64,000 nucleotides of DNA from Octopus sinensis (lineage: Eukaryota). The first letter of the stretch is position 1. Every line of letters starts with the position of its first letter. Where the stretch lies: positions 49,414,001 to 49,478,000 of the forward strand of contig NC_043003.1 of the NCBI RefSeq assembly GCF_006345805.1, in the 5' to 3' direction. The notes below the pieces were generated by a model that saw only the letters and a program-made list of their open reading frames with translations, made no database searches and had not been told where the DNA came from. Below, in pieces: positions 38,555-52,830 of the stretch. A program made the position numbers and the translations under genes.

Positions 38555-38710
38555 AAGAATGAGAACTCAGGTTCAAAATTTCCCCAAGACACCTGATAAA
38601 GGCTGGAGGGTATATCAGCTGAAATGTGTTAATAACAAACAAGATGAGGACAAATATCCATCAAATATAAATAATGTACATAATTCCTTATCTCTTAAAT
38701 ATAGAACTGT
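38555..38710 (+). mobile_element. Penelope-like pLTR fragment with CpG-decayed hammerhead motif
   Basis: CUGAUAA-A-GGCUG-gaggguauau-CAGCU-GAAAU-GUG at 38593-38628. Confidence 0.5.
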
Positions 38711-38934
38711 ATTGTATATTATATGTACATTTTGTAGATGACCTCCCTCCATGTATAAATCATATGCATTAAGCACTGATTCCTTTCCAACTGGGGTATC
38801 CGTGTACAGTAAAACACCTACCACTCTCCCTTTATACCTTCAATCCCTAAACTGACGCAAAATCACCACCACCACAAAAGTACTTCCTGCTCCCAGTTCA
38901 GTGAGTTTTTAGCTTTTTCCACTTTTTGCTTTGC

Positions 38935-39575
38935 AAGGTTCTTGGTGACTTTGTCAGTGCTGGTGTCATGTAGATGGCACTGGTGTTGGTGCCACAGAAA
39001 ATGTACAGGTGTAAAAAGCACTCAGTGCACTCTGTAAAGTGGTTTGAGTCAGAAAGGGCATCCTACTGTAGAAACCCTGCCAAAATGAACAATAGAGTCT
39101 GGTGCAGCTCCTAGCCTTGCCAGCTCCTGTCAAACCATTCAACTCATGCCAGCATGGAAAATGAATATTAAACGATGATGATGATGATGATTACTAAGGG
39201 TGTGAAATAATGCTTAGGGTATTAAGAGCACCATCCAAGTGTGATCATTGCCAGAGCAGCTATCTGGCCTCCGTGCCAGTGGCATGTAAAAGACACCATT
39301 CGAGCATGATCATTACCAGCATTGCCTTACTGGCACCTGTGCAAAAGATTCGAGCGAGGTTGTTGCCAGTGCCGCCTGACAGGCCCCGTACCAGTGGCAT
39401 GTAAAAGCACCCACTACACTCTTGGAGTGGTTGGCATTAGGAAGGGCATCCAGCAGTTGAAACTTTGCCAGATCAAGATTAAAGCCTGGTGCAGCCATCT
39501 GGTTCACCAGCCCTCAGTCAAATCGTCCAACTCATGCTATCATGAAAAGCGGACGTTAAATGATGATGATGATGA
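38935..39575 (+). mobile_element. Two RTE-type 3' UTR copies with (GAT)n tails and internal subrepeats
   Basis: Shared ggcatgtaaaagcacc subrepeats and aactcatgc..catggaaa..ggacgttaaa(tga)n ends; further copies at 42610-42800(-), 54100-54235(-), 56551-56745(-), 59318-59522(+). Confidence 0.7.
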
Positions 39576-39585
39576 TACATTTAGT

Positions 39586-39915
39586 ATCTGGATTAGTCCT
39601 ATTACCAGTCGAAACAATGCTTATATTTTATATCTGGTTGAAATGGAGCCTATATAAGACACATAAGTGTCTTAGACTTACTATCAACTGAAATAGAGCT
39701 GACAGTTTGCATTTGGTCTGGATCTACATCTAGTTGAAATAGAACCCGTAACTTACATCTGGCCGGGGTCTATTATCGTTCAAAATAGGGTTTACATTTC
39801 GCAAGTGGCCTGAGTCTATTGAAGTGAAGTTTACACTTTACATCTGACCTAGCCTTATTACTAATTGAAACGAGAGTTTCACTTCACATCTGGCCTGAGT
39901 TTATTACCAGTTTTG
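39586..39915. repeat. Degenerate ~46-bp minisatellite, about 7-8 units
   Basis: Recurring acatctggcctgagtctattaccagttgaaatagag-like units. Confidence 0.65.
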
Positions 39916-40908
39916 TGCAAGTTTGCCTGGTAGATAGAAAAGTAAAAAAAAAAGACCCCCAAAAAAGGGGGGGAGCTAGTAACCAGCTTTTATGTATAAA
40001 CAAACACATCAAATTTTAAACTCCACCCAACATCTCATCTGCCCCTACAGCTATTCCTTACCCTCACTTTAGTGCTTTTTGAGTATTTTATTGATCTCTT
40101 GCTGTTCTTAATGTATTGATCTATCAGCCAGTCAATGCATCATGGTTATTTTCCATGTCAACGCATCACAATTAAGCTCGCTTCATACCCCCATGTGGCA
40201 ATATTTCATGTCATTCTCCTTCCTAACTTCCTTCTTTCTCTTTCCTTTTATTTATTTATTTATTTATTTTTCAGTTTCTTTTTGTTTCTTTGTTTTTTTT
40301 CTTTGTTTAGGTTAAAGTAAAAGAAGCCATTAATTTTTTCCTTCTTTTGTTCTCTTCCCTTCTTTCTTTCTTTCTTTTACCTTTTAACTTCTGTCGAATT
40401 GGTTTTGTAACTGAAGAATGGATTAAGTCATCGTTATAATTATAAGGGTAATGTTTACAGCAACAACAACAACAACAATAGCAACAACAAGGGCAACAAG
40501 AATAATGATTTCTTCATAATTGTTATTATTGTCATTATTCTTGTTATTGTTATTGTCGAATGCTTTTTTTCTTATTTCATTTTCTGAAGAGGTCTTAACT
40601 GACTCTCTCATCATCATCATCATCATTATTATTATTACCATTTTCATCATTATCATCATCAACGTCATTACAATTTAAGGCGGCGAACTGGCAGAATTGT
40701 TGGCATGCTGGACGAAATGTTTAGAGGTATTTCAGTCATCGCTCTGTTCTAAGTTCGAATTCTGTTGAGGTTCACACTTTGTCCTTCATCTTTTCAGGAG
40801 TCAATAAAATAACTAGCAGTTGAACACTGGAATTGGTCGCCTTGTACCAAAATTTGAAACTATTATTATTATTATCATTACTATTATTACTTTGATTATT
40901 ATCAACAT

Positions 40909-41292
40909 GTGCAGGAGTGGCAGTGTGGTAAGAAGCTTGCTTCCCAAGCTCATGGTTCCGAGTTCAGTCCCACTGTATGGCACCTTGGGCAAGTGTCTTC
41001 TACTATATCCTCAGGCTGGCCAAAGCCTTGTGAGTGGATTTGGTAGATGGAAACTGAAAGAAGACTGTCATATATAAAGGTGTGTGTGTGTATTTGTGTC
41101 TGTGTTTGTCCCTACAACATTACTTGACAACCTATGATGGTGTGTTTACGTTCCCGTAACTTAGCAGTTTGTCAAAAGACACCAATAGAATAAGTACTAG
41201 GCTTACAAAGAATAAGTCTTGAGGTCGATTTGTTTGACTTAAAGGCAGTGCTCCAGCATGGCCACAGTCAAATGACTGAAACAAGTAAAAGA
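40909..41292 (+). mobile_element. SINE family A (CpG-decayed)
   Basis: Full-length copy with many CG>TG/CA changes. Confidence 0.9.
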
Positions 41293-41361
41293 ATGAAAGA
41301 ATAAAATTATTACTCTTATTTATATTTATTGTTGTGGTTGTTGTTGGTGTTGTTATCATCC

Positions 41362-41396
<35 letters not shown>

Positions 41397-41398
<2 letters not shown>

Positions 41399-41609
41399 TC
41401 TTTTACTTGTTTCAGTCATGTGGCTGTGGCCATGCTGGAGCACCACCTTTAGTCGAGCAAATCGACTCCAGGACTTATTCTTTTTAAGCCTAGTATTTAT
41501 TCTATCGGTCTGTTTTGCCGAACTGCTAAGTTACAGAGACATAAACACACCAGCATTGGTTGTCAAGCGATGTTGGAGGGAGACAAACACAGACACACAG
41601 ACATATATT

Positions 41610-41667
<58 letters not shown>

Positions 41668-41827
41668 TATATACGATGGGCTTCTGTCAGTTTCCATCTA
41701 CCAAATCCACTCACTGGTCTGCTTGAAGCTATAGTAGAAGACACTTGCCCAAGGCGCCATGCAGTGGGACTGAACCTGGAACCATGTGGTTGGTAAGCAA
41801 GCTACTTACCACACAGCCACTCCTATG
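41397..41827 (-). mobile_element. SINE family A (CpG-decayed), inverted partner of 40909-41292
   Basis: Full-length copy in opposite orientation ~100 bp downstream. Confidence 0.9.
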
Positions 41828-41855
41828 CCTATTATTATTATTATATTATTATTAT

Positions 41856-41888
<33 letters not shown>

Positions 41889-42470
41889 GAGGAGGAGGAG
41901 GAGGAGGAGGAGGGGGAGAAGCAGCGGCAGCAGCTATTGTTGCTGTTGTTGTTCTTTTATCGATCCCAGATGGGGATGAAAGGTGAAATTGACCTGAGCA
42001 AGGTTTTCAATCAGATTACAAAGACATGAATATTGTATATTATAAGACATTCCACTATGATGGCTGCTCTATCACTGCTGTCAACTTAACGTTCTAAGAA
42101 CATCTTAACATCATCACATCCTTGTTCCACAATAACACAAACAATAACAGCAATTACCACCACCACCACCACTACTACTACTGCTGCTACTGCTGCTGCT
42201 GCTAAACAGTAATAATGGATTTCTTGCCTTGGCATAAGACCACACTCATTTGTCAAGTGGATGTAAGAGATGACTGGTTAGTGGTAGTGGTAGTGGTGAC
42301 GGTGGTGGTGGTGGTGGTAGTGGTGATGGTGAGGGTGGGAGAGAAGTGGATCAGTCAGGTAATTGATATTTTTTTTTCCATAATTGGAACCCTCACATCT
42401 TTCACTACCACCATTGTCGTCCACATCATCATCATCATCATCACCACCACCATCACCATTGCCATCATCG

Positions 42471-42512
<42 letters not shown>

Positions 42513-42974
42513 CCACCACCATCATCACCATCACCACCACCATCATCATCATCACCATTACCATCATCACCACCATCATCATCACCCCACCATTATCATC
42601 ACGTCATCATCATCATCATATCATCATCGTCATTCCTTAATGTCCTCCTTCCATGATGGTGTGGGTTGAATACATTGAGAGGAGTGAGCTGGCACATCCA
42701 AAGATGGCACAAAGCTCTACTCTCTATTGTGGCATGGTATCTATGGTTGAATGCTCTTCCTAATACCAACCCCTTTACAGAGTATGCTGGGTACTTTTTA
42801 AGTGGCACAAGCAGCAGCAGCAGCACAGTAACCAAGTAACTTGCAAGAGGAGACAAGACCCCACCCTCATCTGGGAGGGGCAGAAGTATTGAAAGCAATG
42901 GCTTTTGCATCAGGTGATGAGAGGTTAGAGTATGAATAGAGGAACAGAAACAGGGGGATACATGGCTACCTCAG

Positions 42975-43535
42975 TTGGAGAGAGGGAGAGGGAAAGGGGA
43001 AGAGAGAGGAAGAAGGAGAGAATGCGAGAGATGCAAAAGAGAGATGCAAGAGAGAGATGCAAGAGAGAGATGTGAGAGAGAGATGCGAGGGAGAGATGCA
43101 AGAGATGAGAGAGGTGATGGGGAGAGAAATGTGAGAGATATGCGAGAGAGGGGGGATGGGGGAGAGAGATGCAAGAGAGAGAGAGGGAGAGGAAGAGAGA
43201 AGTGATAGAGAGAGAGAGGGAGAGAGAGGTGAGAGGGGAGGGGGAGAAAAAGAAAAGTGAGAGGGAGAGGGACAGAGGCAAGAGGAAGATGGAGAGGTGA
43301 GAGGGAGAGAGAGGTGAGAGGGAGAGAGAGGTGAGAGGGGAGGGGGAGAAAAAGAAAAGTGAGAGGGAGAGGGACAGAGGCAAGAGGAAGATGGAGAGGT
43401 GAGAGGGAGAGAGGGAGAAGAAAAGAAAAGGAGAGAAGGAGAGAGAGAGAGGTGAAAGAAACAAGAGGTAAGAGAGATGAGAGGAGAAAAAGGTGAGAGA
43501 GAGACGAGAGAGAAAGAGGTGAGAAAGAAGATGGT
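42975..43535. repeat. GA-rich low-complexity tract with internal ~100-bp tandem duplication
   Basis: gagaggtgagaggggagggggagaaaaagaaaagtgagagggagagggacagaggcaagaggaagatg occurs twice. Confidence 0.9.
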
Positions 43536-43779
43536 AAATCTTGCTCTTTCTCTCACTCTCTCTCTCTCTCTCCCTAGTTCTCTCTTCTCTCTTATATGCA
43601 TATGGAGAGGAGCTTTCATACGGCCATATACATATATACATACATAACACCCATTCATCATTTGAATCAGTTTTTCAATATTGCATGGTGTCCCTTCAAC
43701 ACCATTTGCTAATGGTTAAGTGTCAAAGCATCCATGAATCAAACCTACATACATGAAGTAGATATTTTCATGGAATTTG

Positions 43780-44345
43780 GAAATGAACTTCTTGGAAAAT
43801 ATTCCTTGACTGATGACCAGAAATATGCATCCAGATAATTTGTGCAATTCTACTGCAACATGGCATCAAAAGAACAGGTGTATTCATATCAACAGAAGGT
43901 CTTTCATGGTTCTGTTGTCAGGAAGATTCAAAGAGACAGAAATAGAGAATCAAAGTAGTTTGTCTTGGATTAACAACTGAGATATTAGCTCTTACTTTCA
44001 AGGATATTCTTTTGTAATACAAGAGTAAAAAGTAAAAACAAGATAATCTAATGTGATAAAAGCTAGAGGGATGAATATAAGCCTCCTTGAGGCAAACTCT
44101 GTACAGTTAACATTTGAGGATTTCACCCACATCATAAACAGCAGTTTGAAAATGTCATTGTAGTATAATCTAGCTATGAGGCATGATTTTTGTGTTTAGG
44201 ACATTGTACAATGTTGTAAAATGTTGAAAGGATGGTACTGAAGATATAAAATATGAGAAGCTACAATGTGGAGAGCATAATCACTTGCAATATGAAAGAA
44301 CATTGGTGGAATGTGCCTGACAAGACCTCAGTAAAATGTCGTCGT
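43780..44345 (+). pseudogene. Heavily decayed RLE-type LINE fragment
   Basis: Fragments SLSWINN..QGYSFVIQE..EDFTHIINSSLKMS..LAMRHD..EHWWNVPDKTSVKC; many stops and frameshifts. Confidence 0.55.
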
Positions 44346-44400
44346 CATCATCATCCTCATCACCACCACCACCACCACCACCACCACCACCACCACCATC

Positions 44401-44431
<31 letters not shown>

Positions 44432-44556
44432 CCATCATCATCACCATCATCATCACCACCATCATCATCACCACCATCATCACCACCATCATCACCATCA
44501 TCATCACCATCATCATCGCCATCATCATCATCATCTCCTCCTCCTCCTCCTCCTCC
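44343..44556. repeat. (CAT/CAC/CCT)n microsatellite
   Basis: Source of poly-H, poly-S/P and poly-D/G ORFs. Confidence 0.97.
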
Positions 44557-46279
44557 AGCATTAAAAACTGTGCAAAGACAGAAATATATGCCTTTCAGTA
44601 TTTGAATAACCAATCCATAAAAGTGATAAGGATGTCTCTAATTCCACACAGTGTAGAAAACATCAGCCCCCCCCCCACAAGCCTGCCACCAGGTTTCCAC
44701 TATGTTGTCACAGGGTTGCCGTAGTTATTTACAATTCTGTAAATTGTATGCACAGACAGTTGAAAAAGAAAGAGGAGAGGAGAGAAAATATGGTGGTGAA
44801 GACATATATACATATAAAAAGGAAAAAAGATCCTTCCTGAGTCATATAGGGCTGGTTTCATGGTTTCTGTGGTGCTTATATTCTCCCCATGGATAGGACA
44901 CCAGTCTGTCGCAGGATTACTCCTTTTTGTCAGCTTAGTGGAGTGGAAAAACATGGAATGAAATGTTTTCTCGAGAAGACAATGCGTTGCCTGCTCCAGG
45001 AATTGAAACCACAATCTTATGTTCATGAGTTCAACACCCTAACCACTAAACTGTGCACCTCCACACATGGACATATACATACATACATACATACATACAT
45101 GCATGCATACATAAAAGAGACAGCTAATTTGAAGACCACAGATCCAATTCATCACTGGAACTGTAAAAATCTGTAAAACTTTCCAGAAGTTTATCATATG
45201 CAACTATATGCAAGAGAATACATACATAATGTATGTACATACATACATACATACATACATACATACCAACAAACAAAAATACCCTGTTGTTGATGTTGAA
45301 ATTCCAATGAAGGAGATTTGGAACTAGGTTAGAAACCAGTTCTTTCTGTACTGGCAAGAAATCTTGAAATAAACTAAATAATGGCATATATATATATATG
45401 TCATCATCATCATCATTGCTCTGAAGATTGCTCTACATTTTAAATTGATGTAATGATTGCATTGTTCAATTAAATGGAGTTGCATTAAACGATCGTACTG
45501 CATTACCTCTGGATATCTTTCTTGCTTATTTTGATTATATATATATATATATATACAAACATATATACCTCACTATATACTTAAGTGCATATTTACATGT
45601 GTCTACCTATGTCTACATTTTTCCTCTAGTTCTCTTTGTCTGTCAGTCTGGCTTTGTGTATGTCTGTCTGTCTGTTCGTCTGTTTCTCACTTCCTCCATC
45701 TCTGTGCATTATTTTCTTTCCACTAGGAGAAAGTCATATAAATGTGAAATTGTCTTTGAATCTTAATCATCGATTATAAAGTCTTTTATATTAACATCAT
45801 TAACATTACCTCCATTAGCAGCAGCATCACTTTCACCATCGCTATCAAGCACTACCAGCATTGTCACAAGCAGCAGAAACAGTACTGCCTCTTCTGGCGC
45901 CATCACTGTTTTCAATGCTACCACTGCTACCACTAGCCACCATGGTGTCTATATTTTTAATTGCTTCTTTCCTATTTCAATCAATTTTTTTAAAGAGAAT
46001 ATACATATATTAAGTACACAACAGCAAAAATGCCATTGTCTTCAGCTAAATAACCAATTGTGTGGCCTTTGTTCTTTGGAAGTAATGTATTTTACTAAAA
46101 TATGAACGAAGAAATATTTCAAGAAAAACTTTGTGAAAGATATGAATGGAAAGAATATAATTTAATTTAGTACGAAGAATTTAATACCTTAAATTCTATA
46201 CTTTATAAAAAGATGTGTGTGTGTGAGTCAGTGTGTGTGTGTATACATATATATGCATACATATGTGTGTGTGTGTATT

Positions 46280-46310
<31 letters not shown>

Positions 46311-46538
46311 ATGTATATATATATATATATATATGTATATATGAATATGATGCATATATATATATATATGCATACACATATGTATGTATATATATATGTA
46401 TATATATATATGAATATGATGCATATATATATATGCATACACATATATATGTATGTATGTGTATATATATATATGTATGTATATATGAAAATGATGCATA
46501 TATATATATATATGCATACACACATATATACATGTATG

Positions 46539-46569
<31 letters not shown>

Positions 46570-47764
46570 GAATATGTTGCATATATATATATGCATACAC
46601 ACACATATATATTTTTTGTGTGTGAATATATACCCACCAATCTATGTTTACAAACAAACACACACGCATATGTACATAAAATGCCTTAGTCTTTATGACT
46701 ATCAGAATCTACATAATATTTCTATACACTTTTTCATTCAATATTCATATAAATTATGAATGAATTAATTCAGCTGCTAGAATTTTCAATGAAGACATTA
46801 TAAGCATCTCTTCATGGTATCCAAAAGTAACAGGTTCACAGCCAGGGGCCGATCATTGTATCTATGTAGTTCACTGTCAATGTCTTGGATTCTTACTTAC
46901 AAAACGTAATATAACACTATATAAAAATATATGCACCCACATATATACATGTCCTCCATTCCCTGCTAGAGCATTCTACCAGGGTGGTTTTAATCTTACT
47001 CTACACAGCAGCTACAGACTTGGAGAGTACATATGTCAGGCCCTGCACCAGATGACTGGATGTGATTGAGGTAGATCTTCAGAGCCTCTGTATCACCTTC
47101 AAGTGGACTTGGTTGGCTCTACATATGATGATGTCTCTGGAACCACTAACATGGGATGACCCCCAGTCCCATCACACATGCAAACAGGCACATATATACA
47201 TGGATATAGCACAGTTATCTCTTGACATTCCGGTTATTCATAGGTCAAACAAGTGAACCTAACCAATGTGCATTTTACCCTGACTCTGTTTTGTTTTATT
47301 TCCTTTCTTTTCTGCCTTCTCTTCTTTTCTCTTCAATGTTTCTCCTGGTCGTCCTTCTTACATCTGATGAAGGACCATTTCCAAAGCGTTACGAATTTCA
47401 CTCTTTCAATTATTCCTTTAGCATCAACCCTAATAATGACTTCAAATTTTGGCACAAGGCCAGTAATTTCAGAGGAGGGCTAAGTCAACTACATTGACTA
47501 CCAGTGCTCAGCTGGTACTTATTTTATCAATCCCAAAAGGATGAAAGGCAAAGTCGATCTTACTGGTACTTGAACTCAGAATGTAAAGACTGACAAAATG
47601 CTAAGGGACATTTCTTCTGGTGTGCTATCAATCCTGCTGGTTCACCGCCCTCATCAATCCTAATAATATTAAGATTATCCCAGTTTCCATGAAGGAGTAC
47701 AATGCTCATCCCACTCCTGAAGATAATGATATTAGTCTATTAGTTGTTAGTGGTACTCCTTAGA

Positions 47765-48069
47765 TGTTTGTTCCTTCTCGAGCAACGCCTGGCTCATTAA
47801 GGGCTGGTTTCCCGGTTTCCTTAGCGTATAGGTTCCCCACCTGGATGGGACACCGGTCCATTGCAGGTGAGCTGCAAGATGCAGGAGGAAAGAGTGAGAG
47901 AAAGTTGTGGCGAAAGAGTCAGCAGAAGTTCACCATTACTTTCTGCTGGAGCCGCGTGGAGCTTAGGTGTTTTCGCTCATAAACACACACATTGCCCGGT
48001 CTGAGATTCGAACCCGCGATCCCTTGACTGCGAGTCCGCTGCTCTAACCACTGGGCCATGTGCCTCCAC
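47765..48069 (-). mobile_element. SINE family C
   Basis: Reverse complement aligns over its full length with 26788-27091; older relatives at 14352-14590(+) and 44830-45065(-). Confidence 0.9.
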
Positions 48070-48427
48070 CCTTAGGCATTTTGCTCAGGTACATAATGCA
48101 CAGTCCAGTCTAGGAATAGAAAGCCTAACCTTACAATCATGAGTCAAACACCATAACTACTATATATGTATATATATCCATACACATGCACACATACATA
48201 TATTCAAATTAAGATATACGCTACAGTGATAGCCTGAGGTTATGACTGCTTCATACAGAGGGTGAATGTTTTGTGCTATTGATTGGGGAAGTAAGCTAGG
48301 TATATCTTCTCTAAGGAACAGTCAGAAAATTGTGAAAGAATCCCATCAGGGGCTCCCCACTTCTTTTTCTACCTATCAGAAGCATATAATGTGTTTAGAT
48401 TCTCATATTTCTCATTGCCAAGCTGCC

Positions 48428-48429
48428 TA

Positions 48430-48462
<33 letters not shown>

Positions 48463-48513
48463 ACACACACACACACAACACACACACACACACACAACAC
48501 ACACACACACACA

Positions 48514-48559
<46 letters not shown>

Positions 48560-49110
48560 TACAGAGAGATTGAGAGAGAAAGCCAAAGATAGGAACAGAG
48601 AGACATGGCTAGATATTCAGACATACACACACACACATGTATATAGACTAAATGTACCAAGGAAACAATTGAGATAACATATATGTGTGTGTGTGTGAGA
48701 GAGGGAGTGTGTGTGTGTGTGTGTGAGAGAGAGGGAGTGTGTGTGTGTGTGTGTATACATATATATACACACACACATATATATACACACACACACACAT
48801 ATATATAAATACACATATATATACACATATATACACGCACTCACACACACACATATATATATATATATACATACATACATATAAATGCATACATATACAT
48901 ATATATATATATATATATATACATATAACATATACACACACACACATATATATACACATATATTTATAGATATATATATATGCACACATATACACATATG
49001 TGCATATATAAATACATATGTATATGACCATACAAACACACACACACAGACACACACACACACACGCACACACACACAAACACATATATTTATATACATA
49101 CACATACATT
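48428..49110. repeat. Compound (CA/TG/TA)n microsatellite
   Basis: Direct inspection; similar arrays at 10230-10880, 37020-37560, 46215-46625, 53810-54115, 60580-60925, 62760-63070. Confidence 0.97.
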
Positions 49111-49638
49111 AGCTCTATTACCCAGATTTACATGCAGCATACATAAATAATGTTGAAAAAAAAATGCCATTTTTTTTGTTTCTTAATAAAAATATTCGAC
49201 ATGCTTATGTATTTTTAGGAGAGAAAAATGTTATTTTCATGTCTTGGATCAGCAAACCTCATAATTTATATTAAAATAATGGTTTCTAAGACTTGTATAA
49301 AGCAGCAAAGCGGTTCATTGTTATTGTTGTAGAGAAAAGGAAAACTAATGTAAATTTGAATCCAGTATTTGATTGGTACATATTTTTACCAAATTTGTAT
49401 TTTAAGTTTTAAATGTCTATATTAGGTGATATTTTTGAATTTACTAATATTAACTGAAAACACCCTATTAATAGTAGAGATTTATTTTCCCATCAGCTTA
49501 TGGCTAGCCTTCTAACCCATGCCAGCATGGACAACAGAGGTTAACTGATGATGGTGATTATGATTATGAAAGAATGCCAATCTATGCAGTGAGATGACCA
49601 GCTTGAAATAGGCAAATAGTCAATATTATGGTCCCCAA

Positions 49639-50265
49639 AGGTGGTGAGCTGGCAGAAATGTTAGCACGCTGGGCGAAATGCTTAGCAGTATTTTGTCTGC
49701 TGTTACATTCTGAGTTCAAATTATGGTGAGGTCGACTTTGCTTTTCATCCTTTCGGGGTGGATAAATTAAGTACCAGTTATGCACTGGGGTCGATATAAT
49801 CGACTTAATCCATCTGTCTGTCCTTGTTTGTCTCCTCTGTGTTTAGCCCCTTGTAGGTAGTAAAGAAACAGGTATTTTGTCTGTCTTTACATTCTGAATT
49901 CAAATTCTGTTGAGGTTGACTTTGTCTTTCATCCCTTCAGGGTCGATAAATTAAGTAACAGTTGTGTACTGGGGTTGATCTAATCAACTGGCTCCCTCCC
50001 TAAATATTTCGGGCCTTGTGCCTAGAGTAGAAAAGATTATTACTATTCATGTAAGGCGTTGAGCTGGCAGAAACATTAGCACGCCAGGTGAAATGCTTAG
50101 CGGCATTTTGTCTGTCTTTATTTTCTGAGTTCAAATTTTGCTGAGGTTGACTTTGCCTTTCATCTTTTCGAGGTCGATAAATTAAGTAACAGTTGCATAA
50201 TGGGGTCGATCTAATCAACTGGCCCCTCCTCAAAAATTTCAGGCCTTCTCCCTAGAGTAGAAAAA
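49639..50265 (+). mobile_element. SINE family B cluster: dimeric form plus an adjacent monomer (CpG-decayed)
   Basis: Three consecutive cores. Confidence 0.85.
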
Positions 50266-50562
50266 AATATTATGGTCCCCAATATTTGGCCAGCACTTTA
50301 TTTTATTGACCCTGAAATCATGGAAAAATTAACCTTCATAAGAATTGAAATCATGGCATTTTCTCCAGAGTTTTAACAATTTTTCCAAGACCCAAGACTT
50401 GAAATTCTGAGTGGAAGGGAGTAATCAATTATACTGACCACAAAACTCGATTGGTTGACTCCTGTGAGCTGCTTGCACAAAACAAACACAGATGTGGTGG
50501 TCACTTATAGTGTCTTGTCCCCACCTTTCCCAACTGCTGTCTCTTAGACTTTAGCATACTCT

Positions 50563-50959
50563 TACTCTCTTTTACTCTTTTACTTGTTTCAGTCATTTGA
50601 CTGCGGCCATGCTGGAGCACCGCCTTTAGTCGAGCAAATCGACCCCGGGACTTATTCCTTGTAAGCCCAGTACTTATTCTATCGGTCTCTTTTGCCGAAC
50701 CGCTAAGTGACGGGGACGTAAATATACCAGCCAGCATCGGTTGTCAAGCAATGTTAGGGGGACAAACACAGACACACAAACACATACATACACATACATA
50801 TATATATATACGACAGGCTTCTTTCAGTTTCCGTCTACCAAATCCACTCACAAGGCATTGGTCGGCCCGGGGCTATAGCAGAAGATGCCACGCAGTGGGA
50901 CTGAACCCGGAACCATGTGGTTGGTTAGCAAGCTACTTACCACACAGCCACTCCTGCGC
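50563..50959 (-). mobile_element. SINE family A, young copy
   Basis: Retains CpGs despite the CpG-poor neighbourhood; further degenerate copies at ~52205-52430, 58085-58300, 58912-59305, 59548-59712. Confidence 0.9.
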
Positions 50960-52474
50960 CTAGTTCCCAATATTTATTTACATTACCAGCACCCAGTATC
51001 CTATTATGTAATGGTCCCCACTTTTCAAAGATGGTGAAGTACAATTTAATGAAGAATTGTCTGCTATTTCTATCAGGAAACTGAGTGACCACTTTGCAAC
51101 TCCTCCTTTATAGAGAGCATGATTGACACATATGCCCAAACATTTAGAAGCAGAACTGCCTGAAGATAAGCATTCACCTTTCAAGCTAGGACTATCAGTA
51201 CCCCCAAGTATTCCATTTTCTCACATATGACCCAATTCATTTAGGTCTCTCTAAACCTGCCAGTCTAGATTAAACCAGCCCAGCCTAGCCCAGACCAGAC
51301 TAGACCAGTCATAAAAGTCATTTTCAGCAATGAAGGATAGCCCTACAAAAATGCCTGACATTATTTCCAATCTTTTCATACAATTCTATGTCCAAAATCT
51401 ATACAACCCTGCTGGGGCTATGATCAGGCTTGCGAGGAAGGGATGGCCTCCCTTTGCAAATACTTCAAGGGCACTGATATGGTGTCTAAAGCCAGCTAGA
51501 GACGACGATCTCTTGGGGCTATAATGCTACAGTAACACCCCCTCCCCTATGTGGTTAGCTGTGATAAGATGGCTTCTATACTTTACACTATTTCATTTTA
51601 ATGGAAATAAATTTATAACAGTTAGAAAAAATGCCTATTTGGAGATTAAAGTAGACAAAAATAAAGATATATGAGAAATTTTAACTTGGAAATTTATGAA
51701 ACTTATAACTTGTTTTTTTTGGTATTATATCTATAATAATAATTGTATTGTTGGCTATGTTTACTATTTTCAAAAGAAAATTCCATGTAGAGTTCTGTAA
51801 ATAAAGGATGTAACAATCCAAATCACCTGCATAGTGTAATGATTTGACATAAAACATCAGTGAGCTTTGTACAAGTTAATTTTGAACAATTTGGAAAAGG
51901 CAGGTGAATTAAATGCTGCATTTGGCAAATAGAAATTACTTGTTACAAGAAGACAACAATAAAGAAGTTTTGAAAAAGAGAGATATCTTTAAAAGACTAA
52001 TTTTGGGAAATGTAAACATTGGCACTTTGTGGTTAGAGTAAAGAAGAAAAAGAGTTATCTGGAAATCAGGTCTGCTCAGTTTGTTTTTGGTATTGTTGCT
52101 TTCTAAAAGAATTTGCAAAGTCATTTAAAAATTGCTGATTTTAAATGCTTGTTATCACTTATTCAGAAAATCTAATTTAGTCAATTAGTAATCTTTTTAT
52201 TGTTTTATTTTTTCTTGTGTTTTAGTTATTGAAATGTGGCCATACTGCAGCACCACATTGATGGGTTTAATCAAATAAGTCAACCCCAGTAATTTAAAAA
52301 AAATTTAAGTTTGGTATTCATTCATTCAGTCTCTTTTACAGAACAAATATGTCATAAGGACATAAACAAACTAACACCAGATGTTAAAATGTGTGTGTGC
52401 ATGTTGACAAACAGAAACACACATCCATATATATATATATATATATATATACATAAATATATATATATATATAT

Positions 52475-52830
52475 GCCCAGGAAGACATGGGATGAAGTGG
52501 TGAGGAAAGATCTACAGACATTGGGAATCATGGAGAGGATGACAGGGGACTGAGTCCCCTGGTGGTTTGCTGTGCTTGAAAAGAAAAGGCACATCAAGCT
52601 AAGTAAAAGCATGATTACCTTTGAATACAAGCTCATCCCCAGCAAACCTCTCCCAGCTGAGCATCCCTAATCTTGTGGGCTTGTAGATGCTGGTGCCACG
52701 TAAAAACACAGCTGTGTCAGTGCTGTGTAAAAGCACCCAGTACACTCTGTAAAGTGGATGGCATTAGGAAGGGAATCCAGTCATAGAAACCATACCAAAA
52801 CAGACAGGGAGCCTGAACAGCACCACTGGA
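52475..52830 (+). mobile_element. RTE LINE 3' end (ORF C-terminus plus 3' UTR)
   Basis: PRKTWDEVVRKDLQTLG..W.FAVLEK, followed by the gtgccacgtaaaa-gcacc / ggcattaggaagggcatccag UTR shared with other copies. Confidence 0.75.
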
